Sequence record: AP019521.1
Length of the DNA stretch: 64,000 nucleotides
DNA from: Escherichia phage KIT01
Reading direction: 5' to 3' (one strand)
Under the pieces are notes generated by a model. That model made no database searches and was not told the DNA's origin. It saw only the letters and a list, made by a program, of their open reading frames with translations. The first letter of the stretch is position 1, and every line of letters begins with the position of its first letter. This document shows positions 1-12,098 of this stretch, piece after piece. Position numbers and translations under genes: made by a program.

Positions 1-1286
<1,286 letters not shown>

Positions 1287-1315
1287 ACAATAAAGCATAA
1301 CCAAGAGGATTCAAA

Positions 1316-3298
1316 ATGGCTTTATTATCACCGGGCATTGAGCTCAAAGAAACGTCCGTACAGAGTACTGTCGTTCGTAACGCAACGGGTCGTGCAGCGC
1401 TGGTTGGTAAATTCCAGTGGGGCCCTGCTTTCCAGGTAACTCAGATTACTAATGAAGTTGAACTGGTCGACTTATTTGGAGGTCCTAATAACGAAGTTGC
1501 CGATTACTTCATGTCGGGTATGAACTTCCTCCAGTATGGTAACGACCTTCGTACTGTTCGTGTTGTTAACCGTGAATTCGCTAAAAACGCATCTCCGGTA
1601 GCAGGTAACGTCCAAACCACTATTACTACTGCAGGTTCTAACTATGCCGTAGGCGATAAAATTAATATCAAGCACAACCAAACTGTTGTTGAATCCGAAG
1701 GTCGTGTAACTTCAGTAGACACGGATGGTAAAATTCTATCAGTGTTTATTCCTACTGGCAAGATTATTTCTTATGCTCGTTCTCTTAACCAATATCCAGA
1801 CCTTGGGCCTGCATGGACTGCTGAAGTTACTTCAGCTTCTTCGGGTGTGTCCGGTACCATTACGGTCGGTAAAATCGTAACTGATTCCGGTATTCTATTG
1901 ACTGAAGCAGAGAACAGTGAAGAAGCTATTACCTCTCTGGAATTCCAAGCATCTCTTAAACAGTTTGGTATGCCTGGTGTAGTCGCTCTTTATCCTGGTG
2001 AAATTGGTAGTACTCTGGAAGTTGAAATTGTTTCTAAAGCGGCTTATGATGCGGGTTCTAATAAAATGTTGGATATTTATCCAAATGGCGGTACTCGTGC
2101 TTCTGTAGCTAAAGCGGTATTCAACTACGGTCCCCAGTCCGATAACCAGTATGCTATTATTGTTCGTCGTGATGGCGCAATCGTAGAATCCGTCGTACTT
2201 TCTACCAAAGAAGGCGAAAAAGACGTTTATGGTAATAACATTTATCTGGACGATTACTTTGCAAAAGGCACTTCTAATTACATCTATGCCACCTCGTTAA
2301 ACTGGCCTAAAGGCTTCAGTGGTATCATTAATCTGATGGGTGGTGTATCTGCTAACGACCAGGTTACTGCAGGTGATTTGATGCAGGGTTGGGATTTGTT
2401 TGCCGACCGTGAAGCATTACATATCAACCTTCTTATTGCAGGTGCTGTTGCCGGTGAAGGTGATGAAGTTGCTTCTACCGTCCAGAAACACGTTGTTAGT
2501 ATTGCTGATGAACGTCAGGATTGCTTGGCATTTATTTCTCCTCCTAAAGGCCTGTTGGTTAACGTTCCATTGACTCGTGCAGTAGATAATCTTATCGACT
2601 GGCGTACCGGTGCAGGTACTTTCGATACCAACAACATGAACATTAGCACCACTTATGCGGCAATTGACGGTAACTATAAATATCAGTATGACAAATATAA
2701 TGACGTAAACCGTTGGGTGCCTCTGGCCGCTGATATGGCTGGTTTGTGTGCGCGTACAGATGATGTTTCTCAGCCTTGGATGTCTCCGGCCGGTTATAAC
2801 CGTGGTCAGATTCTTAACGTTCTGAAATTGGCAATTGAACCTCGTCAAGCTCAACGTGACCGCATGTACCAAGAAGCTATTAACCCGGTTGTTGGTTTTG
2901 CTGGTGGCGATGGTTTCGTATTGTTTGGTGATAAGACTGCAACTAAAGTTCCATCTCCGATGGACCACATTAACGTTCGCCGTCTGTTCAACATGCTTAA
3001 GAAAAATATCGGTGATGCCTCTAAATATAAACTGTTTGAATTGAACGACAACTTCACTCGTTCAAGCTTCCGTATGGAAGTTTCTCAGTACTTAGATGGT
3101 ATTAAGGCACTTGGTGGGATTTATGAAGGACGTGTGGTTTGTGATACTACGGTGAACACCCCTGTGGTTATCGACCGTAACGAGTTTATTGCTAATATAT
3201 ACGTAAAACCTGCGAGATCGATAAACTACATCACGTTGAACTTCGTTGCAACGAGCACTGGTGCTGATTTTGATGAATTGATTGGACCTTTAGTATAA
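1316..3298 (+). CDS. 18: Tail sheath protein (gp18-like)
   Basis: 660-aa ORF; position after gene 17 and before tail tube gene; TATAAATA box about 30 nt upstream. Confidence 0.9.
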   Translation: MALLSPGIELKETSVQSTVVRNATGRAALVGKFQWGPAFQVTQITNEVELVDLFGGPNNEVADYFMSGMNFLQYGNDLRTVRVVNREFAKNASPVAGNVQTTITTAGSNYAVGDKINIKHNQTVVESEGRVTSVDTDGKILSVFIPTGKIISYARSLNQYPDLGPAWTAEVTSASSGVSGTITVGKIVTDSGILLTEAENSEEAITSLEFQASLKQFGMPGVVALYPGEIGSTLEVEIVSKAAYDAGSNKMLDIYPNGGTRASVAKAVFNYGPQSDNQYAIIVRRDGAIVESVVLSTKEGEKDVYGNNIYLDDYFAKGTSNYIYATSLNWPKGFSGIINLMGGVSANDQVTAGDLMQGWDLFADREALHINLLIAGAVAGEGDEVASTVQKHVVSIADERQDCLAFISPPKGLLVNVPLTRAVDNLIDWRTGAGTFDTNNMNISTTYAAIDGNYKYQYDKYNDVNRWVPLAADMAGLCARTDDVSQPWMSPAGYNRGQILNVLKLAIEPRQAQRDRMYQEAINPVVGFAGGDGFVLFGDKTATKVPSPMDHINVRRLFNMLKKNIGDASKYKLFELNDNFTRSSFRMEVSQYLDGIKALGGIYEGRVVCDTTVNTPVVIDRNEFIANIYVKPARSINYITLNFVATSTGADFDELIGPLV

Positions 3299-3423
3299 TC
3301 TATTATCCCAGGCTGTAATATAAAGAACCTAAAACCATTATACCATGAGTTTGGTTACAGCGTACATCACGTAGAATTGCGCCTGGGATTGATTATTCTT
3401 TAGGAATATGATTTATCAACTGT

Positions 3424-3431
3424 TATAAATA
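3424..3431 (+). promoter_or_regulatory. Late promoter box TATAAATA (gene 19)
   Basis: Exact TATAAATA upstream of the gene 19 start. Confidence 0.5.
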
Positions 3432-3483
3432 AATTAATCAGAACGTTCCTGGTGTGTCCAGGAACTGACTTATGAGGCATCCC

Positions 3484-3975
3484 ATGGAGTTGACAGATAT
3501 CACTCGTGCATTTGAGTCAGGTGACTTTGCACGCCCTAACCTTTTCGAAGTGGAAATTCCATTTCTTGGTAAAAACTTTAGCTTTAAATGTAAAGCAGCA
3601 CCTATGCCAGCAGGCATTGTAGAAAAAGTACCGGTTGGCTACATGAACCGTAAAATTAACGTAGCTGGTGACCGTACGTTTGATGATTGGACCATTACCA
3701 TTTATAACGATGATGCACATGACACTCGTCAAGCAATTGTTGATTGGCAGAATCTCTGTCATGGTATGACCAATGAAATTACCGGTGCAGCACCTGCAGA
3801 ATATAAGAAACAAGCAGTAGTTCGCCAGTTCCATCGTGACGGCAAGACTGTGACCAAAGAAGTTACAATTTACGGCTTATGGCCTACTAACGTTGGTGAA
3901 GTCCAGATGGATTGGGACAGTAACAACGAAGTTGAAACGTTTGAAAGTACGTTCGCTATCGATTGGTGGGAATGA
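3484..3975 (+). CDS. 19: Tail tube protein (gp19-like)
   Basis: 163 aa when started at the second ATG, which has a GAGG ribosome-binding site 6 nt upstream; sequence matches remembered T4 gp19 (ITRAFESGDFARPNLF..., ends DWWE). Confidence 0.85.
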   Translation: MELTDITRAFESGDFARPNLFEVEIPFLGKNFSFKCKAAPMPAGIVEKVPVGYMNRKINVAGDRTFDDWTITIYNDDAHDTRQAIVDWQNLCHGMTNEITGAAPAEYKKQAVVRQFHRDGKTVTKEVTIYGLWPTNVGEVQMDWDSNNEVETFESTFAIDWWE

Positions 3976-3976
3976 G

Positions 3977-3984
3977 TATAAATA
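3977..3984 (+). promoter_or_regulatory. Late promoter box TATAAATA (gene 20)
   Basis: Exact TATAAATA about 50 nt upstream of the portal ATG. Confidence 0.5.
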
Positions 3985-3992
3985 GAATTATC

Positions 3993-4010
3993 AAGGAGCT
4001 TCGGCTCCTT
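3993..4010 (+). terminator. Stem-loop aaggagc-ttcg-gctcctt after gene 19 (terminator or leader hairpin)
   Basis: 7-bp stem with UUCG tetraloop; lies between the late box and the gene 20 start. Confidence 0.4.
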
Positions 4011-4032
4011 ATCCCATTCATCGGAGACTCTA

Positions 4033-5607
4033 ATGGCAAACTTTAATACAATATTAAGTTTTCTTAAGCCATGGGCTAATGAAGACGAAAAAGAATATAA
4101 ACAACAAATTAATAACAATTTAGAGTCTGTCACCGCACCTAAGCTTGATGATGGCGCTCGCGAAATTGAGACACAAGAGCAAAATATCCCTTATAATGCT
4201 CTTATGCAACAGATGTTTGGTAGTAATGAGCCTGAAGTTAAAAATACCAGGGAACTTATTGATACCTACCGTAATTTAATGAATAACTACGAAGTCGACA
4301 ACGCTGTACAGGAAATTGTGTCTGACGCTATTGTCTATGAGGATGATAAAGAAGTAGTTGCATTGAATTTAGACGGGACAGAATTTAGTCAAGCAATTAA
4401 AGATAAAATCTTGGCTGAATTCAGTGAAGTTTTAAACCTTTTAAATTTCCAACGTAAAGGCACTGACCATTTCCAACGCTGGTATGTAGACTCAAGAATT
4501 TTCTTTCATAAAATTATAAACCCTAAAAAAATGAAAGATGGCGTACAAGAGCTTCGTCGCTTAGACCCACGCCAAGTCCAATATATTCGTGAAATCGTTA
4601 CACGTATGGAAGATGGTGTTAAAGTTGTAGACGGATATCGCGAGTTTTTCGTTTATGACACAGGTCATGAAAGTTATTGCGCTGATGGACGCATTTATTC
4701 AGCCGGGACTAAAGTTAAAATTCCTCGTGCTGCTGTGGTTTATGCACATTCTGGATTATTGGATTGTTGTGGTAAAAACATCATTGGCTATTTGCAACGT
4801 GCTATTAAGCCTGCAAACCAGCTTAAATTGATGGAAGACGCAATGGTCATCTACCGTATTACACGTGCTCCTGACCGTCGTGTGTTTTATATCGATACAG
4901 GTAATATGCCTTCACGTAAGGCTGCAGCACAAATGCAACATATCATGAACACGATGAAAAACCGTGTGGTGTATGATGCTTCGACAGGTAAAATTAAAAA
5001 CCAACAACACAATATGTCCATGACTGAAGACTATTGGTTGCAACGTCGTGACGGTAAAGCGGTAACAGAAGTTGATACAATGCCAGGTGCTACTGGTATG
5101 AGTGATATGGATGACGTTCTTTATTTCCGCACAGCACTTTACCGTGCACTGCGTATTCCAGAATCACGTATCCCTAGTGAATCTAATTCAGGAGTTATGT
5201 TTGATGCCGGTACAGCAATCACTCGTGATGAGTTGAAATTTGCTAAATGGATTCGTCAGTTACAAAACAAATTTGAAGAAATTTTCCTAGACCCGTTAAA
5301 AACAAACCTCATTCTTAAAAAGATTATTACAGAAGATGAGTGGGAAAAGGAAATAAATAATATTAAAGTTACGTTTAACCGTGATAGCTATTTCAGTGAA
5401 ATGAAAGATGCTGAAATCATGGAACGCAGAATCAATATGCTAACGATGGCTGAACCATTTATTGGTAAGTACATTTCACATCAAACGGCTATGAAAGATT
5501 TCCTCCAAATGACTGACGAAGAAATTAATCAAGAAGCTAAGCAAATTGAAGAAGAGTCTAAAGAGGCTCGTTTCCAAAACCCAGATGAAGAAGAAGAGGA
5601 TTTCTAA
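4033..5607 (+). CDS. 20: Portal vertex protein (gp20-like)
   Basis: 524-aa ORF at the T4 gene 20 position with TATAAATA upstream; acidic C-terminus. Confidence 0.9.
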   Translation: MANFNTILSFLKPWANEDEKEYKQQINNNLESVTAPKLDDGAREIETQEQNIPYNALMQQMFGSNEPEVKNTRELIDTYRNLMNNYEVDNAVQEIVSDAIVYEDDKEVVALNLDGTEFSQAIKDKILAEFSEVLNLLNFQRKGTDHFQRWYVDSRIFFHKIINPKKMKDGVQELRRLDPRQVQYIREIVTRMEDGVKVVDGYREFFVYDTGHESYCADGRIYSAGTKVKIPRAAVVYAHSGLLDCCGKNIIGYLQRAIKPANQLKLMEDAMVIYRITRAPDRRVFYIDTGNMPSRKAAAQMQHIMNTMKNRVVYDASTGKIKNQQHNMSMTEDYWLQRRDGKAVTEVDTMPGATGMSDMDDVLYFRTALYRALRIPESRIPSESNSGVMFDAGTAITRDELKFAKWIRQLQNKFEEIFLDPLKTNLILKKIITEDEWEKEINNIKVTFNRDSYFSEMKDAEIMERRINMLTMAEPFIGKYISHQTAMKDFLQMTDEEINQEAKQIEEESKEARFQNPDEEEEDF

Positions 5608-5870
5608 TGGAAGATTTAATCGAAGCTATTAAATCAAACGACCTCGTAGCAGTTCGTAAAGCAGCAGGCCCGCTTATCGAATCTCGAGTAGCCGCTTTGA
5701 TTGAAGCCCGTAAAGCAGAAATTGCTCGCTCCGTTATGATTGAAGGCGAAGAAGCCGACGAAGATGACGAAGACGACAAAAAATCCGATAAAGCAGATAA
5801 GAAAGACAAAAAAGAATCTGACGATGCGGATGAAGGTGATGACAAAGACGAAGACGAGGACGACGAATAA
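5607..5870 (+). CDS. 67: Prohead core protein (gp67-like), highly acidic C-terminus
   Basis: 87-aa ORF between portal and gp68/gp21; D/E/K-rich tail; start overlaps portal stop. Confidence 0.65.
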   Translation: MEDLIEAIKSNDLVAVRKAAGPLIESRVAALIEARKAEIARSVMIEGEEADEDDEDDKKSDKADKKDKKESDDADEGDDKDEDEDDE

Positions 5871-6298
5871 TGTTCCTTATCCCTGATGATTACGAATTAA
5901 CTCTAGAAAGCGTAGAGGCTAAAATTCCAGAAGCACAGGGACGTTTTGCTGCTCTTTCTGAAGCGCTCGAGAAAAGCGATATAAATAATCTTGTAGAGAA
6001 CATGATTGCTGAAGGCGATATCGAATGTGCTATCGCTCTTGGTTCTTTAAATGAATCAATGGCTCTTAACGAATTTATCGTTAAACACGTTTCCTCTAAA
6101 GGTGTGCTTACTCGTACTAAAGATATTAAAACCCGTCAACGTAACGCATTCCAAACGACAGGTTTATCTAAAGCAAAACGCCGTCAGATTGCTCGCAAAG
6201 CATCTAAAACCAAACGTGCTAATCCATCTACTCAAGTGCGTGCTGAACGTAAGCGTAAGAAAGCCCGTTCTAAACGTAAAGCTTTTGGACTTAACTAA
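5870..6298 (+). CDS. 68: Prohead core protein (gp68-like)
   Basis: 142-aa ORF with basic C-terminus, immediately upstream of the prohead protease; ATGA-type overlap with neighbours. Confidence 0.65.
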   Translation: MFLIPDDYELTLESVEAKIPEAQGRFAALSEALEKSDINNLVENMIAEGDIECAIALGSLNESMALNEFIVKHVSSKGVLTRTKDIKTRQRNAFQTTGLSKAKRRQIARKASKTKRANPSTQVRAERKRKKARSKRKAFGLN

Positions 6299-6933
6299 TG
6301 AAACCTGAATTGCTCATCGAACATTGGGGACAACCAGGTGAAATTATCGATGGGGTTCCTATGTTGGAATCTCATGATGGAAAAAATTCTGGGCTTGCTC
6401 CCGGCCTTTATATAGAAGGCATTTTCATGCAAGCAGAGGTAGTTAACCGTAATAAACGCCTTTACCCAAAACCTATTTTGGAAAAAGCCGTTGCCGATTA
6501 TATGGCTGAACAGGTTGCTACTAAACAAGCTTTAGGAGAATTAAACCACCCACCTCGTGCTAACGTCGACCCTATGCAAGCTGCTATCATTATTGAAGAT
6601 ATGTGGTGGAAAGGTAATGATGTTTATGGACGTGCACGTATCATCGAAGGTGACCATGGCCCGGGTGATAAACTAGCCGCAAATATCCGAGCTGGCTGGG
6701 TTCCTGGTGTTAGTTCTCGCGGTCTTGGTTCTTTAACTGAAACCAATAAAGGATATAAGCGTGTAAACGAAGGTTATAAATTAACCGTCGGTGTTGATGC
6801 AGTATGGGGACCATCTGCTCCTGATGCTTATGTAACTCCAAAGCAAATTACAGAATCACAAACGGTAGAAACCGATACCAGTGCCGATGACGCCTTTATG
6901 GCTCTCGCAGAGGCCATGAAAAAAGCGTTATAA
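6298..6933 (+). CDS. 21: Prohead core protease (gp21-like)
   Basis: 211-aa ORF in the gp21 slot between gp68 and scaffold gene. Confidence 0.85.
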   Translation: MKPELLIEHWGQPGEIIDGVPMLESHDGKNSGLAPGLYIEGIFMQAEVVNRNKRLYPKPILEKAVADYMAEQVATKQALGELNHPPRANVDPMQAAIIIEDMWWKGNDVYGRARIIEGDHGPGDKLAANIRAGWVPGVSSRGLGSLTETNKGYKRVNEGYKLTVGVDAVWGPSAPDAYVTPKQITESQTVETDTSADDAFMALAEAMKKAL

Positions 6934-6936
6934 ATA
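6929..6936 (+). promoter_or_regulatory. Late promoter box TATAAATA (gene 22)
   Basis: Exact TATAAATA about 28 nt upstream of the ATG. Confidence 0.5.
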
Positions 6937-6963
6937 TTATTATCTAAACAACAGGACTACAAA

Positions 6964-7779
6964 ATGCTTAAAGAACAACTGATCGCCGAAGCACAGAATA
7001 TTGATGCTTCCGTTGCTCTTGACAGTATTTTCGAATCAGTTAATATTTCTCCGGAAGCAAAAGAAACTTTCGGCACTGTATTCGAAGCTACCGTCAAGCA
7101 ACACGCCGTGAAACTGGCTGAATCTCACATCGCTAAAATCGCTGAAAAAGCGGAAGAAGAAGTAGAGAAAAATAAAGAAGAAGCTGAAGAAAAAGCCGAT
7201 AAGAAAATCCAAGAAGCTGCCGGTCGTTTCCTTGACCACGTTGCTAAAGAATGGATGGCTGAAAACCAGCTGGCTGTTGATAAAGGTATTAAAGCCGAAC
7301 TGTTCGAATCCATGTTGATGGGTATGAAAGAACTGTTTGTTGAACACAATGTGGTTGTTCCAGAAGAAGCAGTAGATGTTGTTGCTGAAATGGAAGAAGA
7401 GCTCCAAGAGCAGAAAGATGAAACCGCTCGTCTGTTCGAAGAAGTTGGTATGCGCGATGCGTATATTAATTACGTGCAGCGTGAAGTTGCTGTTACGGAA
7501 GCAACTAAAGACCTGACTGAATCTCAAAAAGAAAAAGTTAGTTCTCTGGTAGAAGGCATGGATTATTCCGATGCATTCGGTAAAAAAATTGGCGCTATTG
7601 TTGAAATGGTTAAAGGTCAATCTGACGTTGAAAACCCAATCACCGAAGCCGCTATAAATAAAAATGTAGACGATGCTGCGGCACTGAATTACATTTCAGA
7701 AGCAGTTGAAGAAAAAGGCGCTAAGCCTACCCTGTCCTTCGCGGACCTGTCTGCAATCGCAGCATCACGAATTTCTTAA
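6964..7779 (+). CDS. 22: Prohead scaffolding core protein (gp22-like)
   Basis: 271-aa, highly charged E/K/A-rich helical protein immediately upstream of the major capsid gene. Confidence 0.85.
   Translation: MLKEQLIAEAQNIDASVALDSIFESVNISPEAKETFGTVFEATVKQHAVKLAESHIAKIAEKAEEEVEKNKEEAEEKADKKIQEAAGRFLDHVAKEWMAENQLAVDKGIKAELFESMLMGMKELFVEHNVVVPEEAVDVVAEMEEELQEQKDETARLFEEVGMRDAYINYVQREVAVTEATKDLTESQKEKVSSLVEGMDYSDAFGKKIGAIVEMVKGQSDVENPITEAAINKNVDDAAALNYISEAVEEKGAKPTLSFADLSAIAASRIS
7653..7660 (+). promoter_or_regulatory. Candidate late promoter for gene 23, inside the gene 22 3' end
   Basis: TATAAATA about 140 nt upstream of the gene 23 start. Confidence 0.4.
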
Positions 7780-7800
7780 TTTAATAAGGTTATACAACAC

Positions 7801-9360
7801 ATGAAAAAGAATGCATTAGTTCAAAAATGGTCCGCTCTGCTGGAAAACGAAGCCCTTCCTGAAATCGTGGGTGCTTCTAAACAAGCTATCATCGCTAAAA
7901 TTTTCGAAAACCAGGAGCAAGACATCCTGACTGCTCCGGAATACCGTGATGAAAAAATCTCTGAAGCATTTGGTTCTTTCCTGACCGAAGCTGAAATCGG
8001 TGGTGACCACGGTTATGATGCTACCAATATCGCAGCTGGCCAGACTTCTGGTGCTGTAACTCAGATTGGGCCGGCAGTAATGGGTATGGTTCGTCGTGCT
8101 ATTCCTCATCTGATTGCTTTTGATATTTGTGGTGTTCAGCCTCTGAATAACCCTACCGGCCAGGTATTTGCCCTTCGTGCAGTTTATGGTAAAGACCCTA
8201 TCGCTGCTGGCGCTAAAGAAGCTTTCCATCCGATGTATTCTCCGGACTCTATGTTCTCTGGTCAGGGTGCTGCTGAATCTTTCGAAGCACTGGCTGCAAG
8301 CAAAGTTCTGGAAGTTGGTAAAATTTATTCTCACTTCTTCGAAGCTACCGGTGCTGCACACTTCCAGGCTGTTGAAGCCGTAACCGTTGATGCTGCTGCT
8401 ACTGATGCCGCTAAACTGGATGTTGCTGTTACCGCTTTGATTGAAGCTGGTAAGTTGGCTGAATTGGCTGAAGGTATGGCTACTTCTATCGCTGAACTTC
8501 AGGAAGGCTTTAACGGTTCTACCGATAACCCGTGGAACGAAATGGGCTTCCGCATCGACAAACAAGTTATCGAAGCTAAATCCCGTCAGCTGAAAGCAAG
8601 CTACTCTATCGAACTGGCACAGGACCTTCGTGCAGTACACGGTATGGATGCAGATGCTGAACTGTCCGGTATCCTTGCTACCGAAATTATGCTCGAAATC
8701 AACCGTGAAGTTATCGATTGGATTAACTACTCTGCACAGGTTGGTAAATCTGGCCAGACTCAGACCGTTGGTTCTAAAGCTGGTGTGTTTGACTTCCAGG
8801 ACCCGATTGATATCCGTGGTGCTCGTTGGGCCGGTGAGAGCTTTAAAGCCCTTCTGTTCCAGATTGATAAAGAAGCAGCCGAAATCGCTCGTCAGACCGG
8901 TCGTGGTGCTGGTAACTTCATCATCGCTTCCCGTAACGTAGTTAACGTACTGGCTGCAGTTGATACTTCTGTAAGTTATGCAGCTCAAGGTCTGGGTCAA
9001 GGTTTCAACGTTGACACAACCAAAGCAGTATTTGCCGGTGTTCTTGGTGGTAAATATCGCGTTTACATCGACCAGTATGCACGTTCCGATTACTTCACCA
9101 TCGGTTATAAAGGCGCTAACGAAATGGACGCAGGTATCTACTACGCTCCGTACGTTGCACTGACCCCGCTGCGTGGTTCCGATCCGAAGAACTTCCAACC
9201 GGTAATGGGCTTCAAAACTCGTTACGGTATCGGTATCAACCCGTTCGCTGACCCGTCTGCACAGGCTCCTACCAAACGTATTCAGAGCGGTATGCCTGAC
9301 ATCGTTAACAGCCTTGGTCTGAATGGTTACTTCCGTCGCGTATATGTTAAAGGTATCTAA
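7801..9360 (+). CDS. 23: Major capsid protein (gp23-like)
   Basis: 519-aa ORF with gp23-type codon usage; followed by a strong stem-loop; paralogous to the downstream gp24-like ORF. Confidence 0.95.
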   Translation: MKKNALVQKWSALLENEALPEIVGASKQAIIAKIFENQEQDILTAPEYRDEKISEAFGSFLTEAEIGGDHGYDATNIAAGQTSGAVTQIGPAVMGMVRRAIPHLIAFDICGVQPLNNPTGQVFALRAVYGKDPIAAGAKEAFHPMYSPDSMFSGQGAAESFEALAASKVLEVGKIYSHFFEATGAAHFQAVEAVTVDAAATDAAKLDVAVTALIEAGKLAELAEGMATSIAELQEGFNGSTDNPWNEMGFRIDKQVIEAKSRQLKASYSIELAQDLRAVHGMDADAELSGILATEIMLEINREVIDWINYSAQVGKSGQTQTVGSKAGVFDFQDPIDIRGARWAGESFKALLFQIDKEAAEIARQTGRGAGNFIIASRNVVNVLAAVDTSVSYAAQGLGQGFNVDTTKAVFAGVLGGKYRVYIDQYARSDYFTIGYKGANEMDAGIYYAPYVALTPLRGSDPKNFQPVMGFKTRYGIGINPFADPSAQAPTKRIQSGMPDIVNSLGLNGYFRRVYVKGI

Positions 9361-9376
9361 GATATAACCTTATTAT

Positions 9377-9394
9377 GGGAGACTTCGGTCTCCC
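9377..9394. terminator. Stem-loop gggagac-ttcg-gtctccc after gene 23 (between convergent genes)
   Basis: 7-bp GC-rich stem with UUCG tetraloop. Confidence 0.6.
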
Positions 9395-9409
9395 ATTCTT
9401 GTTTCTGTA

Positions 9410-9676
9410 CTATGCAATCTTAACTCGGCGGTTGATGATATCACGGAAGTCAATACGATTTTCTTGGATTTTCAGCCAGTTACCAGATTTGTCTTTGGTA
9501 TGGGTAGAGTATTCACCGTTCCACCAGAAGTCAGTTTCATAAGCCAGAGCTTCGTATTTCTTAACCAATGCATTAACTGCATTACCGTTAGGATTGGTAC
9601 CGAATTTTTCTACCAGAGCTTTGATGTCTTTGTCAAGGTTAGAAAGCGTGGTACGGATAAAGTTTAATTTGTTCAT
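9410..9676 (-). CDS. Hypothetical small protein between genes 23 and 24
   Basis: Minus-strand ORF; start taken at internal ATG preceded by GAGGAGA ribosome-binding site; early-type promoter upstream at about 9706-9735. Confidence 0.45.
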   Translation of the reverse strand: MNKLNFIRTTLSNLDKDIKALVEKFGTNPNGNAVNALVKKYEALAYETDFWWNGEYSTHTKDKSGNWLKIQENRIDFRDIINRRVKIA

Positions 9677-9705
9677 TTTTAATCTCCTCATGTTTTGATA
9701 GGTCT

Positions 9706-9735
9706 ATAGTAACACGACGCTTTTTGTGTGTAAAC
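9706..9735 (-). promoter_or_regulatory. Early-type sigma70-like promoter (GTTTAC -35, about 17-18 nt spacer, TACTAT -10)
   Basis: Reverse complement reads GTTTAC-N18-TACTAT; shares the extended block tatagacctatcaa with promoters near 53.1 and 53.9 kb. Confidence 0.5.
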
Positions 9736-9741
9736 CACTTT

Positions 9742-9749
9742 TATAAATA
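9742..9749 (+). promoter_or_regulatory. Late promoter box TATAAATA (gene 24)
   Basis: Exact TATAAATA about 30 nt upstream of the ATG. Confidence 0.5.
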
Positions 9750-9778
9750 AAATTATATTCTCAATAAGGAAAATAGCA

Positions 9779-11059
9779 ATGGCTAAAATTAACGACCTTT
9801 TAAAAGAGTCGACCATTACTTCGAGTTCTTCGATTGGTCGTCCAAATTTAGTAGCTTTAACCAGAGCTACGACCAAACTTGTTTATACCGACCTTGTAGC
9901 TCAGCAGCGTACTAACCAACCTTTGGCTGCTCTATATGGTATCAAATATCTTACAGAAAAAGACGAATTATCTTTCCAGACGGGTGCTACTTATTCCGGC
10001 GCAGTATCCGCTAAAGACCGTGCCACTATCCCAGTTTTCACTGCAGGCGCTGTTTATGCTAAAGATGATTTGTTCCAATTTGAAAACGTAGTTTATAAAG
10101 CTTTGGTAGCAAGCCCATTTGCCGGTGCTACTGGTGATGAATACGAACAACTTCAAGAAGCTATTGTTAAGTTGACTATCCGTATTATGTCCGAAGCCGC
10201 ACTGACTGAGCGTTTTGAAGGTCCTCAAGAAGTAGATATCTCTGAAGCCAGATTCATCGTTAATAAATGGAACGCCCCGGTTAAATCACGTAAGTTGAAG
10301 AGTACTGTTACCGTAGAACTGGCTCAAGACCTCGAAGCAAATGGTTTCGATGCCCCTAATTTCTTGGAAGACCTCCTGGCTACTGAAATGGCTGATGAAA
10401 TCAACAAAGATATTCTTCAGTCCCTGGTTACGGTTTCCAAGCGTTATAAAGTTGAAGGTTTGTGTGATGATGGCTTAATTGACCTGAGTTATGCTAACTC
10501 ACCGGAAGCTTCTCGCAAGCTTTATGAATTGGTGTGTGAAATGGTTTCTCATATCCAGCGCGCAACCTCTTATACGGCAACTTATGTAGTAGCGAGTACT
10601 CGTGTAGCTGCTGTTCTGGCTGGTTCCGGATGGTTGAGACATACCCCACAGAACGACAAATATCTTTCTGCAAGTGCATACGGATTCCTGGAAAATGGTT
10701 TGCCTCTGTATTGTGATACCAACACGCCGATTGATTATGTTACTGTAGGTGTTAAAGAGGAATTTGGTGGGAAGGAAGCGGTAGGTTCTCTGTTCTATGC
10801 ACCGTATACCGAAGGCCTTGATTTGGCTGACCCTGAACATGTGGGTACATTTAAAGTGGTCGTTGACCCTGAAAGCCTGCAACCATCTATTGCATTAATG
10901 GTTCGTTATGCACTGGCTGCCAACCCTTATACGGTTACTGCTGATGATAAACAAGCCCGTATTATTGATGCGACTAATATGGATTTGATGGCGGGACGTT
11001 CTGATATGTCCGTATTGCTTGGTGTGAAACTTCCTAAAGTTTTGACTGAATTAAACTAA
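9779..11059 (+). CDS. 24: Capsid vertex protein (gp24-like, gp23 paralog)
   Basis: 426-aa ORF after gene 23 with TATAAATA box upstream; size and position match T4 gp24. Confidence 0.9.
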   Translation: MAKINDLLKESTITSSSSIGRPNLVALTRATTKLVYTDLVAQQRTNQPLAALYGIKYLTEKDELSFQTGATYSGAVSAKDRATIPVFTAGAVYAKDDLFQFENVVYKALVASPFAGATGDEYEQLQEAIVKLTIRIMSEAALTERFEGPQEVDISEARFIVNKWNAPVKSRKLKSTVTVELAQDLEANGFDAPNFLEDLLATEMADEINKDILQSLVTVSKRYKVEGLCDDGLIDLSYANSPEASRKLYELVCEMVSHIQRATSYTATYVVASTRVAAVLAGSGWLRHTPQNDKYLSASAYGFLENGLPLYCDTNTPIDYVTVGVKEEFGGKEAVGSLFYAPYTEGLDLADPEHVGTFKVVVDPESLQPSIALMVRYALAANPYTVTADDKQARIIDATNMDLMAGRSDMSVLLGVKLPKVLTELN

Positions 11060-11066
11060 CAAAAAA

Positions 11067-11082
11067 GGGACCTTACGGTCCC
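11067..11082. terminator. Stem-loop gggacc-ttac-ggtccc between convergent gene 24 and rnlB
   Basis: 6-bp GC stem flanked by A-run and T-run (bidirectional). Confidence 0.6.
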
Positions 11083-11090
11083 TTTATCAT

Positions 11091-12098
11091 TTATTTGGAT
11101 ACTAATTCAATCCATACGGCTCGTAAGGTATCTTTTACGCACTCAACAAGCTGCTTTTTAACTTCAACAGGATTTTCTGCGTCGGTTAATTCTAATTCTT
11201 CACGGGCAGCTTCTTCAAGGATATCCTGGACTGTCAAGCCCATTACCTTTCCAAAATCCTTCGGCGATACTTCACCAATCTTACTGATGACATTGTTAAT
11301 GCGGTTAACAGTCACATAATCAGTGAATTGCCACATCAAATCCATATCATCTTGGGATAAAACCACTGCAACTTTAATAGGCTTATCAGACTTTTTCTTC
11401 TCGCTGAATTTAGAGTTCTTACATTTAATCGCTACACGATTTCCATTAGGAAGCCAGGTAGGAACATCAGGTTTCAGTACAAAGCCTTCAGCCGTGAATA
11501 CTTTACCTTCTACCTTAGGAATAAAGTCTGTCGAGTTTGCAATAGTTAAGCCAGCGTTATCCACTGCAAAATTATAATCGGGAACAACCGAATCAAAATC
11601 ATTAGGAAGTTTAATAAGGTCTTCAAAGCTACCAGTGGCCAGACATGGAGCTACCTTAAACTTATGAATAATACAGAAGGCTTCCATCAATGTATCGGTT
11701 AGAACAGATTCAGTACCGTCTTCCTTAGTAACTCGGATATCAAACACATAAAAGTCTTTATCACCGTAGTCCACATTCTTCTGAATACCTGTCCCAGCGA
11801 ATTCGCCATAAATCTGGTACGACTGGTAATTAATCGATTCAATTAGTTGTTGAACGGATTTAATAGAATCAGCATAGTTCTTAAGTACAATTTCATAACC
11901 ATAGAAATCTTCAGCAGGGAGAATTGGGCCAGTGCGCTTGGCGCATGTGACTGCGTCACGTTCTATGATTAAACTAAAGTTGGTTCCATGAATCTTCTCA
12001 CGTGCTACCCATTCACCGCCAGTCAAACCATTAGTACGGAGTTTTTCGATAAACTTATTGTTGTAGTGGTTTTCGAGACTGCTATATTTCTTGAACAT
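11091..12098 (-). CDS. rnlB: RNA ligase 2 (Rnl2)
   Basis: 335 aa; N-terminus [19 protein letters not shown]... and nucleotidyltransferase motif KIHGTN match remembered T4 Rnl2; same position as T4 rnlB. Confidence 0.9.
   Translation of the reverse strand: MFKKYSSLENHYNNKFIEKLRTNGLTGGEWVAREKIHGTNFSLIIERDAVTCAKRTGPILPAEDFYGYEIVLKNYADSIKSVQQLIESINYQSYQIYGEFAGTGIQKNVDYGDKDFYVFDIRVTKEDGTESVLTDTLMEAFCIIHKFKVAPCLATGSFEDLIKLPNDFDSVVPDYNFAVDNAGLTIANSTDFIPKVEGKVFTAEGFVLKPDVPTWLPNGNRVAIKCKNSKFSEKKKSDKPIKVAVVLSQDDMDLMWQFTDYVTVNRINNVISKIGEVSPKDFGKVMGLTVQDILEEAAREELELTDAENPVEVKKQLVECVKDTLRAVWIELVSK

Noticed and set aside
7816-9198. 460-aa minus-strand ORF inside gene 23
   Set aside because: It lies entirely antisense to the unmistakable major capsid gene and has low-complexity composition typical of a shadow frame. 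The same applies to antisense ORFs at 2417-2968, 23598-24392, 16378-16758, 28758-29222 and other short ORFs nested in annotated genes.
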